A DNA stretch of 64,000 bases, from the IMG/VR virus record IMGVR_UViG_3300032215_000643, positions 14,923-78,922 of that record. The stretch is one strand, 5' to 3'. Of this stretch, positions 58,263-64,000 are shown piece after piece. Position 1 is the first letter of the stretch; each line of letters starts with the position of its first letter. This DNA comes from a virus. A program made the position numbers and the translations under genes. The notes below the pieces were generated by a model. It did not search any database and was not told where the DNA came from. It saw only the letters and a program-made list of their open reading frames with translations.

Positions 58263-59111
58263 ATGACATATCCGTTAGGTCGTAATATAAATCATGATCC
58301 ACGTTCAAGAGCATTTGCTTTTGATGGTTCATCAATCACGCTTAAGTCAACACGTTGGCACAGAAATGTTCCATGTTTTGATCAAGGCAATTTGGGGAGT
58401 TGTACCGGGAATAGCGCGGTCGGACTTATTTCGACTGATCCTTATTTTAGTATTCTTCCTGCAGGTACAGAGTTAGATGAAAAGGTAGCAGTTTCTGTTT
58501 ACTCAGATGCTACTAAGATTGATAATGCACCGGGAAGTTATCCTCCCAACGATACAGGTTCAGACGGTTTATCCGTTGCAAAAGTTTTGCAGAGCCGTGG
58601 ACTTATCAGCGGTTTCACACATTGTTTTTCATTAAACGATGTGCTTGCTGCTCTAACTCAACATCCAATTATGATTGGTGTTAATTGGTATCATAATATG
58701 TTCCATCCTGATTCTAATGGTATTCTAAATATTCCTGCTGGAGATTATGTAGCAGGTGGACATGAATTTATTCTTGATGAAATTGATGTAGAACGTCAAT
58801 TGGTCGGAATGCAGAATTCATGGGGTGCTGATTGGGGTGTTGATAATGGTCGTGCTTACATGTCGTTTGATACACTAGGTAGACTTCTTCAAGAGCAAGG
58901 GGATGCTACAGTCCTTGTTGGTCTTAATAAGCCTGCACCTCAGCCTTCACCAACACCTGTTCCTCCAACTCCTACACCTCAGCCTACGGATGCGGATCTT
59001 GCATTCTGGAATGATATTAAGAGTTGGGTTCTTTGCCCACATTACGGTAAAACTAAAATTGCATCAAATAGAATCCTTGCTTGGGCACGTTCCAAGGGTT
59101 TCACAAATTAA
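58263..59111 (+). CDS. Papain-like C1 cysteine peptidase
   Basis: DQG.LGSC, GGH, QNSWG catalytic set; Pro/Thr linker. Confidence 0.85.
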   Translation: MTYPLGRNINHDPRSRAFAFDGSSITLKSTRWHRNVPCFDQGNLGSCTGNSAVGLISTDPYFSILPAGTELDEKVAVSVYSDATKIDNAPGSYPPNDTGSDGLSVAKVLQSRGLISGFTHCFSLNDVLAALTQHPIMIGVNWYHNMFHPDSNGILNIPAGDYVAGGHEFILDEIDVERQLVGMQNSWGADWGVDNGRAYMSFDTLGRLLQEQGDATVLVGLNKPAPQPSPTPVPPTPTPQPTDADLAFWNDIKSWVLCPHYGKTKIASNRILAWARSKGFTN

Positions 59112-59122
59112 TTATAGTAATA

Positions 59123-59152
59123 CAAAGGTGCCCCCGTTTGGGGGCACCTTTG
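59123..59152 (+). terminator. Hairpin terminator
   Basis: CAAAGGTGCCCCC-GTTT-GGGGGCACCTTTG, 13-bp perfect stem. Confidence 0.75.
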
Positions 59153-59168
59153 CTATGTAGGAGAAAGT

Positions 59169-59243
59169 ATGGATTTTTTTTGGATAGCCCTAGCATTATT
59201 TTGTGTGTGGCTGTATTCTAAGTATAAGAGGATGAAACATTGA
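59169..59243 (+). CDS. 24-aa single-pass membrane peptide
   Basis: AGGAG RBS; MDFFWIALALFCVWLYSKYKRMKH. Confidence 0.45.
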   Translation: MDFFWIALALFCVWLYSKYKRMKH

Positions 59244-59440
59244 ACTTGAAGAAGTTTGCCAGAAATACCGGATGTTGTTGTTCTGGTTGTCAGCGCAAAT
59301 CTGATCGTATTATTGATCTGGTTCTTGATGAGATTAATAAACTTGAGTGGCATGATGAAAATTCTTATCACGCCAAGTCTCATCAAGAAGGATACATAAA
59401 AGCAATTAATGATATAAATAAATTATTTGAAAAGGATTAA
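59240..59440 (+). CDS. Hypothetical protein
   Basis: Coupled ORF. Confidence 0.45.
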   Translation: MNLKKFARNTGCCCSGCQRKSDRIIDLVLDEINKLEWHDENSYHAKSHQEGYIKAINDINKLFEKD

Positions 59441-59444
59441 TTAA

Positions 59445-59630
59445 ATGATTCTAGGACTATTTGTTGTCTTTGCTTCCGGTTTTATTATTGGTGGATTTTT
59501 TAGTTTGATTAGGGCTTCCCATAAAATAGACGAAATACTACACTATGAAGTAGAACTAGATAACGGTAAGATTTGTCATGAGTGTGGGCAGGCGTATCCC
59601 TGCCCCACTCTAGTAGAGACTAGGAGTTAA
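59445..59630 (+). CDS. Membrane-anchored zinc-finger protein
   Basis: TM segment plus H...CHECGQAYPCPT. Confidence 0.55.
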   Translation: MILGLFVVFASGFIIGGFFSLIRASHKIDEILHYEVELDNGKICHECGQAYPCPTLVETRS

Positions 59631-59719
59631 AATGCCAAAAGGAGCAGGTAAGTAATTATCTTACCAACACAGAGAAATCCTTCCTGCGTCTTGCAGAGAA
59701 GGTCGCAGAGTCTTCAATT

Positions 59720-60004
59720 ATGAAGCAACGACATGGGGCGGTTATTGTAAAGTCCGGTCGTGTTATGTCTGTAGGAATTAATAAGTGGCGTAATCATCCA
59801 GAGATTATTGAGACAGAGAAGATTAAGCAGGAATGTTCTGTTCATGCAGAAGTTGATGCGCTTAGTCGTGTTAAGAATCCTAGAGGTGCTACTATTTATA
59901 TTGCTAGAGTTAATCGGTTAGGCGAATCAGGTTTGTCCCGACCGTGTAATAATTGTTTTCGGGATCTTGTAAAATCAGGTATTAACAAGATTATTTACAC
60001 TTAG
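59720..60004 (+). CDS. Cytidine/deoxycytidylate deaminase family protein (true start uncertain, probably upstream)
   Basis: HGAVIV, HAE and PCxxC Zn motifs. Confidence 0.85.
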   Translation: MKQRHGAVIVKSGRVMSVGINKWRNHPEIIETEKIKQECSVHAEVDALSRVKNPRGATIYIARVNRLGESGLSRPCNNCFRDLVKSGINKIIYT

Positions 60005-60011
60005 GAGAGTT

Positions 60012-60227
60012 GTGAAACCCACGTTTGATGAACTCACAAAAGCCAACGTAGAACTTTATTGTGAGGGATGTAAGTCTATTTTTAAAGGGACGGCGCAGGA
60101 AGCGTTTGATTTAGGCTGGGACTGTATGCCTTGGTTTACAAGTCATATTACCTGTCCTCACTGTCCTATTCATACTACGCTATGGTATGAGTTATACCTG
60201 AAGTCTCAAAATAAAATGGGTCTATGA
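60012..60227 (+). CDS. Zinc-binding hypothetical protein
   Basis: CEGC...AFDLGWD...CPHC. Confidence 0.6.
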   Translation: MKPTFDELTKANVELYCEGCKSIFKGTAQEAFDLGWDCMPWFTSHITCPHCPIHTTLWYELYLKSQNKMGL

Positions 60228-60367
60228 TGTCAGTTGAATCAGATGAAAAAATCAAGAGAGTTCTAGCAACCTTGAAACTTCTTGAGTGGGAAGCCATTGG
60301 TACTGTTGCATGGCCTATCGTTTCATCAGTAACAGAACGTATCAGAAAAGTTCTTGAAAATGATTGA
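60224..60367 (+). CDS. Small hypothetical protein
   Basis: 47-aa coupled ORF filling the gap. Confidence 0.4.
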   Translation: MMSVESDEKIKRVLATLKLLEWEAIGTVAWPIVSSVTERIRKVLEND

Positions 60368-60393
60368 CTTTAAGTTAGCCGCACTGCTAATAT
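60364..60393 (+). promoter_or_regulatory. Sigma70/SigA-type promoter
   Basis: TTGACT-18 nt-TAATAT with extended TG; ATG 60400 lies 6 nt after the -10 box. Confidence 0.55.
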
Positions 60394-60399
60394 TCTTAT

Positions 60400-60954
60400 A
60401 TGGCAAACAGAGAAACTTCAACACAAGGAGCAAACATGAGCAACGATTTTGAACATGCCCAGCGGATTATTAAGTCTCAGTCGGAATCTATTGAGAATCT
60501 GATTAAGACTGTTAATACTTATATTGAGATTTGTGACCTGCGTCAGAAGACTATTGAAGTACTTCAGGCTGAGAATAATCGATGTGCTGGTGCTATGGAA
60601 GAAGTTTATGAACTTCGTGAGAAGGTCCATAGTTATAAGGATTCTATTAATAGTCTATCTGCCCTCGCTGATAGAGTTGAGAAAGACCTTGTAAAATCTG
60701 AAAAAGATAAGAAGGATTTGCTTACACAAACTAAAGTACTTAATACCCTGATTGAAATGCTTAATAATACAATTGAAGCACTTAAGTATGAACAGAAATT
60801 CAAGGCTTCCCCTGATGATGTTCGTATGATTAACGAAGATTTGGAACGGTCAGCAAAAGAAATTTCTTCGTTGAAAAGTCTTAACACTAAGTATAAAGAA
60901 ACAATTGCAGATCTAGATAACCGTCTTGGTCTAAAGTACCCAACAATAGTATAA
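60400..60954 (+). CDS. Coiled-coil protein
   Basis: Long heptad pattern; alternative start at 60436 after AGGAG. Confidence 0.6.
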   Translation: MANRETSTQGANMSNDFEHAQRIIKSQSESIENLIKTVNTYIEICDLRQKTIEVLQAENNRCAGAMEEVYELREKVHSYKDSINSLSALADRVEKDLVKSEKDKKDLLTQTKVLNTLIEMLNNTIEALKYEQKFKASPDDVRMINEDLERSAKEISSLKSLNTKYKETIADLDNRLGLKYPTIV

Positions 60955-60971
60955 TTAATTAGGAGGATATC

Positions 60972-61154
60972 ATGCACCTAGAATATCGAGGATCTATCAT
61001 CAGTCAGCATGGTCCATGTGAGATTATTGATCAGGATCACCCACGCTGGCCCCACTGGAATTATACCCAACAGGGTCGTTACACCGTCATATCCGTTGAA
61101 GGACACCGACTGGTTCGTGTTCGTCCCCAATCCATTTGGATTGTGAATGACTGA
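60972..61154 (+). CDS. Hypothetical protein
   Basis: AGGAGG RBS. Confidence 0.55.
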   Translation: MHLEYRGSIISQHGPCEIIDQDHPRWPHWNYTQQGRYTVISVEGHRLVRVRPQSIWIVND

Positions 61155-61359
61155 GACTTTGACAGAGCCACTGATCCAAGTAGCAGACCGATGCGATAAG
61201 TGCGGGGCACAAGCGTTCGTCCTAGTTAAAGGCGTATCAGGAGAATTATTGTTCTGTGGTCACCATTTTGCTAAGTTTGAAGAAAACTTAACTAAATTTG
61301 CGTATGAGATTGTCGATGAGCGGGATCGGATTAATCAGAAATCTGAATCATCAACATGA
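61147..61359 (+). CDS. Actinobacterial small zinc-binding protein (DUF7455-like)
   Basis: DRCDKCGAQA...GELLFCGHH. Confidence 0.75.
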   Translation: MTETLTEPLIQVADRCDKCGAQAFVLVKGVSGELLFCGHHFAKFEENLTKFAYEIVDERDRINQKSESST

Positions 61360-61439
61360 AAACATCAGAACGTCTAGCATGGACAATAGGTATTATTGTA
61401 TTAATGTTATACATTAGTTATTGTATTACTAAAATATAG
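61356..61439 (+). CDS. 27-aa membrane peptide
   Basis: Coupled ORF with one hydrophobic helix. Confidence 0.35.
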   Translation: MKTSERLAWTIGIIVLMLYISYCITKI

Positions 61440-61469
61440 CGTCCGTAACTAAGCATTTTAGGAGAAACA

Positions 61470-61766
61470 ATGTTCGCAGAAGAAGTCTTAGCGTATGCTA
61501 AGAAACGATACAATGACGGGGGCTGGGATGTCATTGTAGAATGTTGGGGGACTAAACAAATAAACGAACTTCTTGAAGAATGTGACGGTGACGAAACAGA
61601 AGCATGGCGGCTTATGCATTTCTTTGCTAATGCATGGGTGTTTCATATTCTCAAGCCAAACGAACTCAGAATGTACCGCTCAGAATCTAAAATTGAAACC
61701 CCATCAATCGAAGACTATGGTTCACACTACCCTCACATTAGGATGAAAAGAAGTTTGGCAGTTTAA
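61470..61766 (+). CDS. Hypothetical protein
   Basis: RBS AGGAG; 'YN.GGWDVIVECW' phage motif. Confidence 0.6.
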   Translation: MFAEEVLAYAKKRYNDGGWDVIVECWGTKQINELLEECDGDETEAWRLMHFFANAWVFHILKPNELRMYRSESKIETPSIEDYGSHYPHIRMKRSLAV

Positions 61767-61778
61767 AACAATGTGTAG

Positions 61779-61804
61779 GCGGGGTATCCAGTAGGATACC
61801 CCGT
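61779..61804 (+). terminator. Hairpin terminator
   Basis: GCGGGGTATCC-AGTA-GGATACCCCGT. Confidence 0.65.
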
Positions 61805-61961
61805 TATGCTTTATTATGATTTAAACAATAACTCATAATAACGGCTATCCATATTTAAGGTTATTTATTAAACTTAAATATGGAAAAGGTTTGTGTAAGA
61901 ATTAGAACAATCTACCATAATAGCGTATTGTTCTATTTTTAACACTATTGTGATAGCGAAA

Positions 61962-62007
61962 TTGTCTGGCGAAAAGTACATTAGTTGTCTGGCGAAAAGT
62001 ACATTAG
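61962..62007 (+). repeat. Perfect 23-bp tandem repeat, two copies
   Basis: TTGTCTGGCGAAAAGTACATTAG twice, head to tail. Confidence 0.9.
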
Positions 62008-62072
62008 TTTCGTAAAATCTCCTATTTGCAGGATAGTTTAGGAAATGCTAAGCAGGAATAACTCAAAAAATA

Positions 62073-62102
62073 TTGACATAAACTGTATCAAATTGATACA
62101 CT
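62073..62102 (+). promoter_or_regulatory. Near-consensus sigma70/SigA promoter
   Basis: TTGACA-18 nt-TACACT with extended TG and an A-rich UP element. Confidence 0.7.
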
Positions 62103-62136
62103 TATAGTAATTGTAAACACAAACGAAGGAAATATA

Positions 62137-62361
62137 ATGTCAACGTATGCAAAACTAAACTACGAACAAGCCCACGCTTTTGTAGAAAAGAATAAGAAGA
62201 TTGGTTTCTATTGGAATGGTTGGGATATGGTTAAGTGGACTCCCGGCCCCAATGGTTTCATGCAAAAGAATGGTGAGTTTCGTAATGGTACTTGGGGTTT
62301 CTCTGTGAGGATTCCAGTTACTGAAGATGGTACATGGCGGGTACTAGAAAAGTATGTCTAA
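62137..62361 (+). CDS. Hypothetical protein
   Basis: AAGGA RBS; Trp/Gly-rich. Confidence 0.6.
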   Translation: MSTYAKLNYEQAHAFVEKNKKIGFYWNGWDMVKWTPGPNGFMQKNGEFRNGTWGFSVRIPVTEDGTWRVLEKYV

Positions 62362-62674
62362 TCTAATTAAACAACTTGGATTAGAGGAAGATAAAGTACA
62401 ATGGTATCATCTGTCTGCATGTAAGAACATGAGCATCAATTGGTTTTATGATGATTATGAAGATGACAAGCAGTTAGCGGTTCAAATTGACCAGTTATGT
62501 TTGCACTGCCCTGTTTCTACTTTCTGTCTTCTTGATGGGGTGGAAAATAAGGATAAGGGTGTTCGTGGCGGTATCTACCTAGATCTTGGTAGGACTGATA
62601 AGAATCATAATAAGCATAAAACCCCAGAGGTTTGGAAAGCGTTAAGGAAATTACATGGAAAGAATCTTTTATAA
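62354..62674 (+). CDS. whiB: WhiB-family Fe-S transcription regulator
   Basis: AC...CxxCPV...C and GVRGG. Confidence 0.85.
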   Translation: MSNLIKQLGLEEDKVQWYHLSACKNMSINWFYDDYEDDKQLAVQIDQLCLHCPVSTFCLLDGVENKDKGVRGGIYLDLGRTDKNHNKHKTPEVWKALRKLHGKNLL

Positions 62675-62930
62675 TTTACAGATGGCTAAGGCTGTTAGAA
62701 AATTAAAGCCACCGCCCTTTAAGTTTACGGTTGATATTCGCCCCGCTCCTAATTATATTGCTGTTGTTGTTTATGAAGAACAGATTATGGAGTATAATGA
62801 GAGTCAGAGGGCACAAATTATGGAATACTTAGTCATGGTCAAGAACGTAATTGAGTCTTATGGAACTAGATGTGAAGTTGATGGAATTCAATGGAACGGG
62901 AAAGAGAAGAGCCTACATGAATTGCTATAG
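62655..62930 (+). CDS. Hypothetical protein
   Basis: Coupled ORF. Confidence 0.55.
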   Translation: MERIFYNLQMAKAVRKLKPPPFKFTVDIRPAPNYIAVVVYEEQIMEYNESQRAQIMEYLVMVKNVIESYGTRCEVDGIQWNGKEKSLHELL

Positions 62931-63156
62931 TTGTGGTAAATTAAAGAATGAACTGCACCCTATTAATTCTAGAGTTCTTAAAGGTGTTACTGTTCTTATG
63001 TGTCAGTCTTGCATTGATGATGGTATGGAACCTCGTTGGATTGTTGTTCTTGGTGGTAAGACTTTTGGGCCGGATCATGTTAAAGATTTCATAGTTAAGA
63101 GAAAATACTGTGGAAAGGTGATTGCTGCGGAGGAATTAATTACCGCGCAAGATTAA
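62917..63156 (+). CDS. Zinc-finger hypothetical protein
   Basis: CYSC...CQSC; start ATG 62917. Confidence 0.6.
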   Translation: MNCYSCGKLKNELHPINSRVLKGVTVLMCQSCIDDGMEPRWIVVLGGKTFGPDHVKDFIVKRKYCGKVIAAEELITAQD

Positions 63157-63157
63157 C

Positions 63158-63475
63158 ATGAACTTAGATGCAACAATTTGGGTTGCTTTAATATCAGCAA
63201 TTATTGGTACTTTGGGAACTAAAATTATTGATGCTTATATTGCACGAAGAGTAGCAGAAAAGGATATTACTATTCATAATTTAGATTATAAGAGACAAGA
63301 ATTGCTTTCACTTGAAAAAGAATTAGATGAAGCAGAAGATGATGTAGATTCTTGGAAAGAAAAATACTATGCTCTTAAAGAGCAAAACCTTATACTTAAG
63401 GCTTACATAGCCCAGTTAGATCCTGATCTTTTGTTAGAAAAAAGTGCTTTAATTGATAAAAAAGATCAGCCGTAA
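63158..63475 (+). CDS. Membrane-anchored coiled-coil protein
   Basis: N-terminal TM segment plus coiled coil. Confidence 0.6.
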   Translation: MNLDATIWVALISAIIGTLGTKIIDAYIARRVAEKDITIHNLDYKRQELLSLEKELDEAEDDVDSWKEKYYALKEQNLILKAYIAQLDPDLLLEKSALIDKKDQP

Positions 63476-63492
63476 CTTTTTTAGGAGAAATA

Positions 63493-63714
63493 ATGTCATT
63501 CGTACCTGTAAGTTTTACAGAGTTAGAAGAAATTGTAGAAAAGTGTTCGCGTGATTTGCTAGAGAAACTAGCAACTGATTCAGATATCCCTGAAGAATCT
63601 ATGGAAGATTACACACAATTGTCTGTTAATCTAACTACTTTTATTATTGAGAAGTACATGGATTATGTTAATGAAATTATTGAAAATAAGGGTCGGGAGT
63701 TGGGCATACAGTGA
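63493..63714 (+). CDS. Acidic hypothetical protein
   Basis: AGGAG RBS. Confidence 0.55.
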   Translation: MSFVPVSFTELEEIVEKCSRDLLEKLATDSDIPEESMEDYTQLSVNLTTFIIEKYMDYVNEIIENKGRELGIQ

Positions 63715-64000
63715 GTCCCGCGAGTAAGAATACCGCCATTTTTGATGTTGATGGTACTTTGATGGATAGTTCTGAGCATTTTCATTTGTTGGATTCTACG
63801 CCTTTGGGCCATACAGAAAATCTTTATGAGTATCACAGTCGTGCTTTAAATTCGCCGCCGCGTGAGAGCGTTGTAGACCTTTCTAGAGTGTTGTGGGAGG
63901 CGGGAGTTAGGGTTGTTATTGTCACTTCTCGTTATGAGATGTTTCGTGATGAGACTGTTTCTTGGTTAAAGTTTCATAATGTTTATTATGATGAGTTGTA
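63711..64000 (+). CDS. HAD phosphatase (polynucleotide kinase 3'-phosphatase-like), 3'-truncated
   Basis: AIFDVDGTL...IVTSR...T..WL. Confidence 0.75.
   Translation, partial: MSPASKNTAIFDVDGTLMDSSEHFHLLDSTPLGHTENLYEYHSRALNSPPRESVVDLSRVLWEAGVRVVIVTSRYEMFRDETVSWLKFHNVYYDEL

Noticed and set aside
3240-60977. Minus-strand and nested ORFs in the track (e.g. 3240-3668, 48196-48534, 57622-58056, 60633-60977)
   Set aside because: They are shadows of well-supported + strand genes and have no recognisable motifs
61962-62007. 23-bp repeats as a mini CRISPR array
   Set aside because: The two copies abut with no spacer, and there is no cas operon
1-64000. Alternative genetic code or stop-codon reassignment
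   Set aside because: TAA, TAG and TGA all end intact conserved genes, and neither tRNA is a suppressor

Overview
This is a 64-kb internal segment of a large, AT-rich tailed phage (Caudoviricetes). Almost all genes lie on the + strand. WhiB, MSMEG_6728-family, FmdB and Rpf-like genes point to an actinobacterial host, and the gene order recalls large Streptomyces-type and freshwater actinophages. Layout: Ser/Thr/Gly-rich tail and fibre genes (1-10 kb); holin and DNA replication/recombination genes (DnaB, DnaG, SSB, DnaE, RecA, Cas4-like nuclease, resolvases; 10-24.5 kb); a ~14.4-kb glycan biosynthesis island (gmd, fcl, GT10, GT11, GT25, several GT2s, methyltransferases, SGNH, HAD-nucleotidyltransferase, RmlB-like); GuaB-like and terminase genes; tRNA-Ile(UAU) followed by an unexplained structured RNA; a second fibre cassette paralogous to the first; lysis genes; and an accessory region. 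Best candidates for new biology: (1) a phage-encoded membrane ferric-reductase-like oxidoreductase plus a secreted FMN-binding protein with a flavinylation motif, alongside Dps, which resembles an extracytosolic electron-transfer/iron system; (2) a complete GDP-fucose plus fucosyltransferase glycan pathway; (3) duplicated fibre/tip cassettes with conserved flanks; (4) a tRNA-adjacent ncRNA. All calls come from motif recognition by eye; no searches were run.
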